Assembly (NCBI GenBank): GCA_965223905.1
Contig: CBDCXV010000001.1
Location: forward strand, 448,001 to 512,000
Length of the DNA stretch: 64,000 nucleotides
Source: Candidatus Latescibacterota bacterium
GTDB taxonomy: Bacteria; Latescibacterota; UBA2968; UBA8231
Direction of reading: 5' to 3'
In this document: in pieces, positions 9,792 to 19,673 of the stretch
How positions within the stretch are numbered: position 1 is the stretch's first letter
Layout: each line of letters opens with the position of its first letter
Notes under the pieces: generated by a model
What the model was told of the DNA's origin: nothing
The model's database searches: none
Seen by the model: the letters and a program-made list of their open reading frames with translations, nothing else
Program-made: the position numbers and the translations under genes

Positions 9792-11558
9792 TCACCCGGG
9801 TCCCTGCCGCCAGCGGCCCTCGAAAACCTGCTGGAGCCAGAGCTCCAGCGTCAGGTAGCGGCAAAGCTGCCCGCTGCGGTCGCTTCCGTCCAGGTGCTCC
9901 TCGAGCGTTGCGGTCACTTCCTTCCTTGAAATGTAGCTCCGATACAGGGCGCCGGGGTTGGACAGCAATTCGGAAAAGGTGCTGCGGGCCGGGTCCCGGC
10001 GGATCCATCCGGAGTAATCGAAAAGGCCGGTGCGCTCGCCCAGGCCTCCGAAGCCCAGCCGTCGCGCAAACCCGCGGAACTTTGCCTGTCCCCTGACCGC
10101 CCACAAGGGCCAGGCGAGAGGCAGCCCCGTAGCCTGCCAGGGGATCTCCTTGAAATAGTCGGGGAAGGTGGTCAGAAGCATGGTTCGGTAGAGCCGGTTG
10201 TTCCGTTTCAGGGCGGTGGGGATGGCGAAGAGCAGCTCCTGAAACTGGTTGTCGAGAAAGGGGAGGCGGTAGTCGGCGCCTCGGGCGATCCACAACCGCA
10301 GGCCGTGGAGGGTGAAGCAGCGCATGCGTTGGGTGATGTAAAGGGCGTGGGCAGAGCCGGCCCGGGAGAACTCCTCCTCGAGGACGGCGGCGAGGGCGGA
10401 GGAGCGCTCCGGGTCGAGGTAAAGCACGTTGCGGGCATAAGCGGAAAAGCCGGCTGCTTCGAACAGGTGGCCGCCGCCGACGATTCCGTCTCCGCCCGCA
10501 CCCGACAGCGCCGTTGCAAACAGATCCCCCAAACCGGGATACTCGACGCCGTGCATGTGGTAGAGGTCGAGCTGGACGTCGGTCGTCCAGACTCCGCCGA
10601 TGCGGGGGAGAAACCAGTTCCCGGGACCGATCTCGAAGGTGTGGTGCCGGGCCCCCTTGCGCGCCGCGGCCATGGCGGCGATGCGGACCTCGCTGCTGCC
10701 CTCGGAGCCGAAGGTCAGGGCCGGGACCGGCTCCTGGCGCTGCGGCATGGCTGCAAGGATCGCCCGGGAGTCGAGCCCGCCGCTGAGGGTCAGGCCGACG
10801 CGCTCTCCCGGTCCGCAGCGCCGTTCGACTGCCCGCACGAACCGCCTGCCCAGCTCTTCGGCCAGCTCCCGGGGGGATGCTTTGCCGATGTCGGGAGAAA
10901 CCCTACTCCAGTCCCAGTAGCGCCTTTCCTGTATCGTCCGGTCGCGGAGGTCCCAGGTCAGGCAGGTTGCCGGCGCCAGACGCTCGACGTTTTCCATCCA
11001 GGTACGGTTTCCCATGAGGTAGCCGATGCCGAGAAAGGCTTTCAGGGACAGGCGGTCGAGGACGGGACTGAACCCGGGCAGGTGCAGCAGGGCCTTGGAC
11101 TCCGTCGCCCAGGCGAGGGCGTCTCCGCGGCGGGTCCAGCAGAGCTGGCGCAGTCCGTAGCGGTCGGAGACGAGGTGGATTTTCCGGTGCCGGGCGTCGT
11201 TCACCGCGGCGGCGTAGATACCGTCGAGGGTGGCGAGTGCGGAAAGGTAATCCCCGGTTCGGAACAGGGCGTGGAGGAGCGCAGGGCCGGACGCGGCCTC
11301 GGCGCCGGGAATGCCGGCGCTCTCGTCGCCGATGCGGCATTCACCATCCATCCAGACGGTGAGATCTTCGGTGCTGAAGACCTGTTCCTGGTGCGGGTTG
11401 GTGGAGACGCAGGACCCCCGCACCCCTGGGAAGGAAAAGCAGGCGCGGGGCCGGTGCTTTTCGTGGTACTGGAGTGCGTCCCGCATCTTGAGCAGGGCGG
11501 CGTCGGCCTCCTTATCGCTCCAGCCGGGGGGCGCGGTGAATCCGACTATTCCCGGCAC
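9792..11558 (-). CDS. Asparagine synthetase-like amidotransferase (AsnB family)
   Basis: DRYGLRQL, ATESKAL, LSGGLDSR PP-loop, PFLD; lacks N-terminal Cys (MPGIVG). Confidence 0.85.
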   Translation of the reverse strand: MPGIVGFTAPPGWSDKEADAALLKMRDALQYHEKHRPRACFSFPGVRGSCVSTNPHQEQVFSTEDLTVWMDGECRIGDESAGIPGAEAASGPALLHALFRTGDYLSALATLDGIYAAAVNDARHRKIHLVSDRYGLRQLCWTRRGDALAWATESKALLHLPGFSPVLDRLSLKAFLGIGYLMGNRTWMENVERLAPATCLTWDLRDRTIQERRYWDWSRVSPDIGKASPRELAEELGRRFVRAVERRCGPGERVGLTLSGGLDSRAILAAMPQRQEPVPALTFGSEGSSEVRIAAMAAARKGARHHTFEIGPGNWFLPRIGGVWTTDVQLDLYHMHGVEYPGLGDLFATALSGAGGDGIVGGGHLFEAAGFSAYARNVLYLDPERSSALAAVLEEEFSRAGSAHALYITQRMRCFTLHGLRLWIARGADYRLPFLDNQFQELLFAIPTALKRNNRLYRTMLLTTFPDYFKEIPWQATGLPLAWPLWAVRGQAKFRGFARRLGFGGLGERTGLFDYSGWIRRDPARSTFSELLSNPGALYRSYISRKEVTATLEEHLDGSDRSGQLCRYLTLELWLQQVFEGRWRQGPG

Positions 11559-11630
11559 GGTGTATGCAGGGGCTCGTTCAACCGAGACAGGGCCGGGGAA
11601 ATGTCAGGAGCACTCTGGCCACGGACCCCC

Positions 11631-12392
11631 TCAGGAGATCGCCTTGCGGAAATGTTTGAGCAGGGACCAGGCAAGGAGAACGGGAAGCAAGGGGGCCAGA
11701 ACCGGGCGGGCCGCGATCAGGTGGAGGAAAGCGCGCATCTCCCCGCTCCGCATCGCCCGGCGGTTCTCGCTCAGGCCCCCGGCCGTAAGCTGGGGCCGCC
11801 CCAGCTCGGTCAGCCTGGCCGGAGAGAAGTAGCAGCCATGTCCGGCCGCGGCGATCCGCAGCCAGAGATCGTAATCCTCGCTGTGCCGCATGCCCTCGTC
11901 GAACCGCTGGGCAAGCGAGCGGCGCAGCACAACCGAGGAGGTCTGGCCCGGGTTCGAAACCAAAAGCCGGCGCAGGGAAAGTCTGGCGGGAGCCGCCTCA
12001 ACCTCCTCCGGCTCCGTCGGTCCGACCGCGTAGCCGTGGGCCAGCCAGTCGATGGCGGGATTGTCAGTCAGCCAGGCATCGACAACTTCCAGCTTCTCCT
12101 CATCCCAGCGATCGTCGGCATCGAGGAAAGCGACGAAGTCCCCGGTGGCCGCAGCCCATCCGGTGTTTCTCGCCGCCGAGGGGCCGCGGTTTTTCGAGAG
12201 GGTAATGATCTTCAGCAGACCGCTGTCGCACTCGGCCGCAAATCGTTTCCGCAGCGATTCGGCGGGATGCTCGCTGCTGGCATCGTCGACGACGATGATC
12301 TCGTGGGGTCTCAGCCTTTGGTTCAGGCAGCTGTCGATCGCCTCGGAGAGATTCGGTGCATTGCGGGCGGGGATTACGGCGCTGAATCTCAT
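11631..12392 (-). CDS. Glycosyltransferase family 2
   Basis: SAVIPARN, VVDDAS, GPSAARNTG, FLDADD, EDYDLW. Confidence 0.92.
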   Translation of the reverse strand: MRFSAVIPARNAPNLSEAIDSCLNQRLRPHEIIVVDDASSEHPAESLRKRFAAECDSGLLKIITLSKNRGPSAARNTGWAAATGDFVAFLDADDRWDEEKLEVVDAWLTDNPAIDWLAHGYAVGPTEPEEVEAAPARLSLRRLLVSNPGQTSSVVLRRSLAQRFDEGMRHSEDYDLWLRIAAAGHGCYFSPARLTELGRPQLTAGGLSENRRAMRSGEMRAFLHLIAARPVLAPLLPVLLAWSLLKHFRKAIS

Positions 12393-12600
12393 TCGGGGAG
12401 TCCCGGTTGCGAACAGGTGTCCCGAGCACCAGTGGGGGCGATGGGAATGTCCGTCGAAGAAGCGTTCAAAATGTGAGCAGGTTGGCGGAGATCGCCCGAT
12501 GGCGACGGAACGGGCTTGAAATCACGGACGCCGCCGTTCAGCGGGGAATGATCGGGGAGGCCTGTTGTGTTGGGCAGGTGAAGCGAGACGGAGGGGTGTG

Positions 12601-13713
12601 TTATGACTCCATCAGCTTAAGCTGCCTGCCGAACTTAACGCCAGCAAGTTCGCAGGCAATAATGATTTTTTTCCGAATATCCCCTGTGCTGAGGTTATGA
12701 CCCAGCCACCATCCATTTTCCAAGTCCAGAGATTGTTTTTCCACGAAGTCGGGTCTATCCGGGAAGAGGTCATTAGGATTTCGTGCAACCAGCCTCCGCT
12801 TCCGAGTTGCGGTTTGGTCTGCAAAACGCACCATGAATTCGGGATCTCGACGGTCGAATTCTTTAACCAATTCACCCAAAGTTCGGTAACTAAACCCGGT
12901 TTCCACCTGCTTGTTGTCGAGAATGTAACCGATGATTCTTGTTGCCTTTTTCTTGTTCGACGGCGGCGGAGTGCTGGAGGAGGAGCTCTTCGATGGGGGG
13001 CGTGGGGCTGGCGGTGCGACACTCGACTTCCTTGGCAAAGTGTCGGAAAGCCGCTCCTTCAGAAACGACACGACATCCTCCGGTTCCGGCTTGGTTCCGC
13101 AGGATCTTTCTACCTCTTCAGCAAGCAGGTCACGAAGCATTTCGTCCGGAGTCTCTAGCAGAGTTCGCCAAGCGCCGGGAATTGCCTTACGGGCTTTCTC
13201 CCGCTCCCGGTTGCTCTCGTGTCGCTTTTCCGCTGAACGCCGGGCTTCTCCTGAAACGACGCGCGTTTTCCGAAGGTGTGTATCCAGAAAACGGGCGTAT
13301 TCGGGTATCCTCTCTTCCCGCGTCAACTCCGCCCTATAGAACCGTCGCTCCGCAGGGTCACCCGCCGCCATGCTGAGATAAAAATCCCAGAGGTCGCCGT
13401 CCGTCAGAATGAGAAACGGAACGCCCCTGTTCACCGCATATCGGAACAGCTGCTCCTCTCCCGCGATGTCAACACGACCAAGCCCTTTTGCTTCGATGAA
13501 GACCAGCGGCCCTCCTCCTTCCGGTATCAGCGCGTAGTCAACCCATCCCTTGCCAACGGAGAATTCCGGTTTGAACTCCGCGGGGTTAGTGTCGTCCCAA
13601 TCGAGGGCCCGAAGAATCGGCAGGATTATCGCCTGCTTCACCTGGGCTTCATTTTCCAGCGATCTGGAGCGAATGCGCTCGACTGCCACTTTCAGGATTT
13701 GTTCCAGACTCAT
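12601..13713 (-). CDS. HsdR_N-like PD-(D/E)xK restriction endonuclease with C-terminal SeqA-like domain
   Basis: NEAQVKQAIILPIL..L.W, PEF, VDYAL, FIEAK, QLFRY, ILTDG; Pro/Ser linker; C-terminal RRLVA...GWWLGHNLS; lower GC than flanks. Confidence 0.75.
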   Translation of the reverse strand: MSLEQILKVAVERIRSRSLENEAQVKQAIILPILRALDWDDTNPAEFKPEFSVGKGWVDYALIPEGGGPLVFIEAKGLGRVDIAGEEQLFRYAVNRGVPFLILTDGDLWDFYLSMAAGDPAERRFYRAELTREERIPEYARFLDTHLRKTRVVSGEARRSAEKRHESNREREKARKAIPGAWRTLLETPDEMLRDLLAEEVERSCGTKPEPEDVVSFLKERLSDTLPRKSSVAPPAPRPPSKSSSSSTPPPSNKKKATRIIGYILDNKQVETGFSYRTLGELVKEFDRRDPEFMVRFADQTATRKRRLVARNPNDLFPDRPDFVEKQSLDLENGWWLGHNLSTGDIRKKIIIACELAGVKFGRQLKLMES

Positions 13714-13930
13714 ATGCCGGGGTCCCACCGTTTCGATGCTACTTCAAGCCTCGAAATAAGCCCGCGTATCGAGAGTGGGTCAAGGAAGTTGCCCCGGTCA
13801 TCTCCGGCAGGAGAGGCCCATGTATTGGCGCTTGGAGAACCCTCAGATGCCCCGAGAACCAAGGGGTTTTCTGCAAGATCCTAATCCTGGTGTTACCTCC
13901 CTGGGTCGTGAGGGGTCGTAGTGTAGAGCG

Positions 13931-14760
13931 ATGGAAAGCCCATCCACAGATGCCCAGCTCGTCGCCGCGATTCTTTCCGGCCGCCTTTCCGCCTTCGAAG
14001 CCCTGGTGGTGCACCATCAGGACCGCCTCTACCTGCAGGCGCTGAGTTACCTGTGTGGCGAGGAGGAGGCCCGGGATGCTCTCCAGGATGCATTCCTGAA
14101 GGCGTTCGACCAGCTCGAGGCTCTGAAGGAGCCTTCTCGATTCCCGGCTTGGGTGGGGCGGATACTCCGCAACATCTGCCTCAACAGGTTGAGGGATCGC
14201 CGCCGTCGAGCCATGGCGGAGTCGGTTGTCGAGCGGACGGATACCGAAGTGCATCCGGAGCCGGCGGTCATCCGCCGCGCAGCGTTTCAGGAGCTGCTTT
14301 CCAAGCTTCCCGAGAAAAGCGTCCGGGCGCTTACACTGCACTATCTGGAAGGCCGTTCGATTCAGGAAGTGGCTCTTCGGACGGGAACAAACCCCTTCAG
14401 GGGTGAAACAGCGGCTGTACAGGGCGCGCAGACAGCTTCAGGAGGAGGTCACTCGTATGGAAAGAGACACCAGGAACAAGCAGGATCTGCCCGAGGGATT
14501 CGCAGCGCGGACCATTGCCCGCCTTTTGGAACAGGGCAGGAAGGATCGGTTGTACATGCGGATGGGTGACGCGCGCGCACGCTTCCGGGAAGCACTGGAG
14601 GTGTTCCCGGATCATCCCGAGGCATTGATGGAGCTCGGACGTACCTATGACCCCATCGAGGGGCCGTCCCAGGAAGAAGAAGCAACTCTTCAGCGAGCCG
14701 CCGTCCACCGTGCACACTACTTCGTACCACTTCCCGACCTGTATCTGAAGGCCGGCGGAC
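13931..14760 (+). pseudogene. ECF sigma-70 factor with C-terminal TPR extension; frameshifted and truncated
   Basis: Region 2 (EEARDALQDAFLKAF...FPAWV) and region 4 (LHYLEGRSIQEVA); frame changes near 14388-14400 to TPSGVKQRLYRARRQL, then one TPR (FREALEVFPDHPEALMELG). Confidence 0.75.
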
Positions 14761-14877
14761 CGGCTCGCCGCGTGCGGTCCGTGTCACGGAATTGTCAACT
14801 CCATTGCGAATATTGGATATTCACCCGCTTGGCACCTGCCGGGCTCTCCGGCAGACCCTCACCCCGGGAGGGAAGTT

Positions 14878-16332
14878 GTGACCGCAAACAGCTACACCTA
14901 TGACCTCGTCTGCATCGGCAGCGGTCCGGCCGGCCAGCGGGCGGCCATCCAGGCCTCCAAGCTGGGCAAGAAGGTGGCCGTGGTCGAAAGGCAGCAGATG
15001 ATCGGCGGCGTCTGCATCGAGTCGGGCACCATTCCTTCCAAGACCTTCCGCGAGGCGGTGCAGCGCGGCTATTCCCGTCCGGGCCTGGAGGCATCCGAGC
15101 AGTTCCGGCCCCGCTATCGCCCCACCATGCACCAGCTGATCGGCCACGTGGAGCGCGTCATCGAGCGCGAGATCTTCGTCGTCCAGGAGAACCTGTCGCG
15201 CAACGACATCCAAGTCGTGCGCGGGATCGCCTCGTTCCTCGACGGGCACACCTTGCAGGTGGAGGGCGTCGAGGGGCGCCGCAGGCTGTCGACGGACAAG
15301 GTGCTGATCGCCGTGGGCACGCGCCCCAGCGATCCACCAGGTCTCAAGGCGGACAACCAGACCATCATGAACTCGGACTGCCTCCTCGACCTGGAGAAGA
15401 TGCCGCGCAGCATCGCCGTGGTCGGGGCCGGGGTCATCGGCATCGAGTACGCCTCGATGTTCGCCGCACTGGGGGTACAGGTGACGGTGATCGACCGGCG
15501 TCCCAGGCCGCTGGAGTTCCTCGACCACGAGATCGTCGACGAGCTCATCCACCAGATGCGCAAGGCGGACGTCACCTTCCGCTGCGGCGAAGCGGTGGAG
15601 CGCATCGAGGTGGTCGAGGTTCCCCAGCGCAAGGGTCTCATCGAGCTCGAGTCCGGCAAGCACATCGTCGCCGACGTGGTGCTGTTCTCCGCCGGCCGCA
15701 TCGGTTCGACCGAGGACCTCAATCTCGAATCGGTCGGCCTGCAGGCGGACGAGCGCGGCCGCCTGAAGGTCGACGAGCATCACCGCACGGCGACGGAGAA
15801 CATCTACGCAGCCGGCGACGTCATCGGTTTCCCCGCGCTGGCCGCCACCTCCAGCGAGCAGGGACGCCTCGCCGCCTGCCACATGTTCGGGGTCGAGGCG
15901 CAGCCGATGGGCAGCCACTTCCCGGTCGGGATCTACGCCATCCCGGAAATCTCCATGGTGGGGGCGACCGAGGAGGAGCTCACCCGGGACCGCGTGCCCT
16001 ACGAGACCGGCATCGCCCATTACAAGGAGATCTCGCGCGGGCAGATTCTCGGCGACGATTCGGGAATGGTGAAGCTGATCTTCCACCGCGAGGACGGGCG
16101 CCTTCTCGGGGCCCACTGCATCGGTTCGGGGGCCACCGAGCTGGTCCACGTGGGCCAGGCGGTGCTGGGTCTGGGGGGCGGCCTCGACTACTTCATCCGC
16201 ACGGTCTTCAACTATCCCACACTGGCGGAGTGCTACAAGGTGGCGGCCTTCAACGCGGCCAACAAGCTCTCCCTCGTGCGCAGCGCCGTCATGACCCAGG
16301 AGACGGCGACGGCCGCGGCCCTGGATGTCTGA
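14878..16332 (+). CDS. sthA: Soluble Si-specific NAD(P)+ transhydrogenase
   Basis: GSGPAG, GGVCIESGTIPSKT (single Cys), GAGVIGIEY, FNYPTLAECYKVAA. Confidence 0.92.
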   Translation: MTANSYTYDLVCIGSGPAGQRAAIQASKLGKKVAVVERQQMIGGVCIESGTIPSKTFREAVQRGYSRPGLEASEQFRPRYRPTMHQLIGHVERVIEREIFVVQENLSRNDIQVVRGIASFLDGHTLQVEGVEGRRRLSTDKVLIAVGTRPSDPPGLKADNQTIMNSDCLLDLEKMPRSIAVVGAGVIGIEYASMFAALGVQVTVIDRRPRPLEFLDHEIVDELIHQMRKADVTFRCGEAVERIEVVEVPQRKGLIELESGKHIVADVVLFSAGRIGSTEDLNLESVGLQADERGRLKVDEHHRTATENIYAAGDVIGFPALAATSSEQGRLAACHMFGVEAQPMGSHFPVGIYAIPEISMVGATEEELTRDRVPYETGIAHYKEISRGQILGDDSGMVKLIFHREDGRLLGAHCIGSGATELVHVGQAVLGLGGGLDYFIRTVFNYPTLAECYKVAAFNAANKLSLVRSAVMTQETATAAALDV

Positions 16333-16639
16333 CGGACCCGACGCCGACCCTGGAATCAGCGTTTTGAGCGACGAGCCGATCGACCATCCGATCGACGGCA
16401 CCCTCGACCTGCACACCTTTCTTCCGAGGGACGTCGGTACTCTCGTGCCCGACTACCTCGAGGCCTGCCGCGAGAAGGGGATCTTCGACGTTCGCATCGT
16501 GCACGGGAAAGGCAAGGGGATCCTTCGCGAGAGCGTCCACCGGATCCTGGAGCGCCAACCCGGCGTCGAGTCGTTCCGGCTGGCGGGTGCAGGGGGCGGC
16601 AGCTGGGGAGCCACCCTGGTGCACCTGAGGCGGGAATAG
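16325..16639 (+). CDS. Smr/MutS2-C domain protein
   Basis: LDLHT, IVHGKGKGILR, GGSWGAT. Confidence 0.9.
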   Translation: MSDGPDADPGISVLSDEPIDHPIDGTLDLHTFLPRDVGTLVPDYLEACREKGIFDVRIVHGKGKGILRESVHRILERQPGVESFRLAGAGGGSWGATLVHLRRE

Positions 16640-16761
16640 GGAAAGGGAAAGGGGCGGCAGGGGAAAGGGCGTCCCGTTTGGCAGGCGCCAAGGGCCCGGG
16701 TTAGCTTGTGCAGCCAGGGATTTCGGGTACCAAAGAACCCCCTTCCACGGGCTTCGGAGCG

Positions 16762-17955
16762 ATGAGCGACAGGATAGAACAACTGATTCAGGCAGCCCTT
16801 CCCGGGCTGACGCAGCTGCGCCACGACCTTCACGAACACCCGGAGCTCGGCTACGAGGAGGAGCGCACCGCGGCCCGCATTCTCAGCGAGCTGCGGGAGC
16901 TTCCCGGACTGAGCATTCGCACCGGCGTGGCGGAGACCGGCCTGGTCGCCACCCTCGGTGCGGACAAGCCTGGGCGGTGCGTCGCCCTGCGGGCCGACAT
17001 GGACGCGCTGCCGATACAGGAGCAATCGGACAGGAGCTACGCATCCAAGGTGCCGGGCAAGATGCACGCCTGCGGCCACGACGGCCACGTGACCTGCCTG
17101 GTGGGCGCGGCGCGCGTGCTGACAGCGCTGGCCGACGAGCTGCCCGGTCCCGTGAAGTTCGTCTTTCAGCCGGCCGAGGAAGGGGGCGCCGGCGGCCGCC
17201 GCATGTGTGAAGAGGGAGTCCTCGCCGATCCCGAGGTGACGGCGATCTTCGGCCTTCACGGCTGGCCCACACTGAAGATCGGCGAGATCGCCCTGCGGCC
17301 CGGACCCGTCCTGGCGAGCTCCGACAAGATGGAGATCACCGTCCGCGGCCGGGGCGCTCACGCCGCCTTCCCGCACCAGGGCATCGACCCCATCGTCATC
17401 GCCTCCCACGTGATCGTCGCCCTGCAGACGATCGTCTCGCGGACCACGGATCCCCTCGACTCCGCGGTCGTCACCGTCGCCCGCGTCAGCGGCGGTACGG
17501 GCTTCAACATCATCCCGCCGCAGGTGGAGCTGGCCGGCACCGTGCGCAGCCTGAATTCGGCGACGCGCCAGAGGATCCACCGCCGCATCGCCGAGGTCGC
17601 CGAGGGCACCGCTTCCGCCCTGGGGGGAGCCGCCGAGGTGGAGATCTTCGACGGTTACCCGGTGCTCGAGAACGATCCGGTGGCCACCGAGGTCGTCGAG
17701 CGGACCGTCGCTGCCGCCGGCGCCGGCATTTCCTCCCTGCGGATGGACCCGGTTATGGGGGGCGAGGACTTCGCCTTCTACGCGCAGCGGATTCCGGCCG
17801 CCTTCTACGCTCTCGGAGTCTGTCCGGCCGGGGTGGACCAGTACCCGCACCTGCACCAGCCGAACTACGATTTTTCCGACGGGGCGATTCCTTGCGGGGT
17901 GCGCATGCACGTGGAGGTCGCGCGCCGTTTCTGGGACAACTGGCCAGGCAGCTGA
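16762..17955 (+). CDS. M20D family amidohydrolase
   Basis: HEHPELGYEE, RADMDALP, MHACGHDGH, FQPAEE, GGEDF. Confidence 0.92.
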   Translation: MSDRIEQLIQAALPGLTQLRHDLHEHPELGYEEERTAARILSELRELPGLSIRTGVAETGLVATLGADKPGRCVALRADMDALPIQEQSDRSYASKVPGKMHACGHDGHVTCLVGAARVLTALADELPGPVKFVFQPAEEGGAGGRRMCEEGVLADPEVTAIFGLHGWPTLKIGEIALRPGPVLASSDKMEITVRGRGAHAAFPHQGIDPIVIASHVIVALQTIVSRTTDPLDSAVVTVARVSGGTGFNIIPPQVELAGTVRSLNSATRQRIHRRIAEVAEGTASALGGAAEVEIFDGYPVLENDPVATEVVERTVAAAGAGISSLRMDPVMGGEDFAFYAQRIPAAFYALGVCPAGVDQYPHLHQPNYDFSDGAIPCGVRMHVEVARRFWDNWPGS

Positions 17956-17993
17956 AGCGGTTCGGCCTCCAAGCACCCACCCACGGCACGGCG

Positions 17994-18689
17994 ATGGAAC
18001 CATTACTCACCCCCGAGGAACTGCGCGTTCTCGGCTGCCTCATCGAAAAGGGGATCACCACCCCGGACTACTACCCGATGACCCTGAACGCCCTGACCGC
18101 GGCCTGCAACCAGAAGTCCAACCGCGATCCGGTGGTTCAGTACAACGAGAAGACGGTGGTGCGGACGCTCGATTCGCTGCGGGACAAGGAGCTGGTGCGC
18201 GTCGTCAGCGGACACGACACGCGGGTCCCCAAGTACTATCACCGGTTCACCGACGTCCGGGGGTTCTCCGAGCCGGAGGTGGCGGTGCTCTGCGAGCTGA
18301 TGCTGCGCGGGCCGCAGACGCCCGGCGAGCTGCGCAACCGCGGCAGCCGCATGCACCCCTTCGAGAACCTCGCGGAGGTGGAGGCGGCGCTCGAATCGCT
18401 GGCGAACCGGGAGGCCGGCGCCGCGGTCGTCAGGCTGCCCCGTCAACCCGGGTTCAAGGAGTCCCGCTTCGCCCACCTGCTCGGGGGTCCCCCCGAGATC
18501 GAGGAGCCTTCCGGCGACGGCTCGCCCGCTCCCGGAGAATCGGGCGGCGTTAAACCGGAAGCGGCGCGCCTGGCAGTGGCCGCGGAAAACGAGCGCCTGG
18601 ACCGACTCGAAACGACGGTGGCCGAGATGGCGGAGGGGATCGCTTCTCTGCGCGCCGAGCTCGAGGAGTTCAAGCGGCAGTTCGAATAG
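17994..18689 (+). CDS. YceH/DUF480 family protein
   Basis: RVLGCLIEK..TTPDYYPMTLNAL..ACNQKSNRDPV, LMLRGPQTPGELR. Confidence 0.92.
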   Translation: MEPLLTPEELRVLGCLIEKGITTPDYYPMTLNALTAACNQKSNRDPVVQYNEKTVVRTLDSLRDKELVRVVSGHDTRVPKYYHRFTDVRGFSEPEVAVLCELMLRGPQTPGELRNRGSRMHPFENLAEVEAALESLANREAGAAVVRLPRQPGFKESRFAHLLGGPPEIEEPSGDGSPAPGESGGVKPEAARLAVAAENERLDRLETTVAEMAEGIASLRAELEEFKRQFE

Positions 18690-18882
18690 GCAGCCTGCCC
18701 TGCCGGAATTACAGCATCCGGTTAACGGCACCGTCCGTGGTCTGTCTTGATGTTCCCCCCGCTTTGCCAGGGAGTACAGGACCGGACCGCGCTGCGAAGC
18801 AATCGTTCCCCCCCGAAGGGAACGCCGTTCTACCGGGGGCCCTTGGTGGGGGTTCGATGGAAAGCGGGGCGGTTCTTCCGGC

Positions 18883-19516
18883 TCAGTTCTGGCGTGAAAA
18901 GCTTAATCCCATACCCCAGTGGAAGTAGTAGTTCCCCCCCGGGTCCGTGAAGAGTCCGATTTCGGGATGAACCGTCATCCCCGCTGTCTCTTCGTCGGCC
19001 AATGAGAATCCGATGTTGATCCCCGTGAAATGATCCGCAGGTTCGTCAAGGGGGACGATGCCCTTCAATGCCAGGTTGAGCAGCTGCTTGGAGTTTCCGA
19101 AAGGGATGCTCGCGATGAAAGCAGGGTGAATCTGAATCGACTCCATCGAATCGATGTTTTCGCCGAAGAAAAATCCTGTCGGCAACAAAAAGGCCAATCG
19201 ATCTCTTACAATTGGGATCTTGGGATCGAAGGAAAGGAACTGGTATCCATCCTCGAGACTGATTCGGCTGATCCTGTATCCCATCTCCCACTTTTTCCAG
19301 GCCGTAACGGATTTGCAGATCCGCGACCGAGAACCTGTCGGTATAATCCAGATCGCGGCCGTCGATGGTGGCCAGGCGGCTAAGGCTTGGAGTTATCGAA
19401 CCATGCCCAGGGGGCAGCATTCGCGCCGATTGGAACAGGGAGAACGAATAGCATCCGGACATGTTGAGCGCGAGCGCCAGGGCTCCTGCGCAGAGAATGA
19501 GTCTTCCGGTTTTCAC
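18883..19516 (-). pseudogene. Outer-membrane beta-barrel lipoprotein-like protein, split by a frameshift near 19290
   Basis: GTG start MKTGRLILCAGALALALNMSGC (lipobox), FQSAR; frame shifts around the A-run at 19292-19296 into WEMGYRIS...YYFHWGMGLSF with amphipathic strands. Confidence 0.6.
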
Positions 19517-19673
19517 TTTCTTAACGGGAAGCTGATGTCCTGTCCCATCAATATCCTGCATTTCTTCCGCCAATCCATCCCGCCTCGCCGTGTTGCCTTC
19601 GCTCACCATTACACCCTCGGTACGACTCGCTCAGGCGCCTTCCGGGACAGGACACAGGGTTCGTGTTTCAGTT

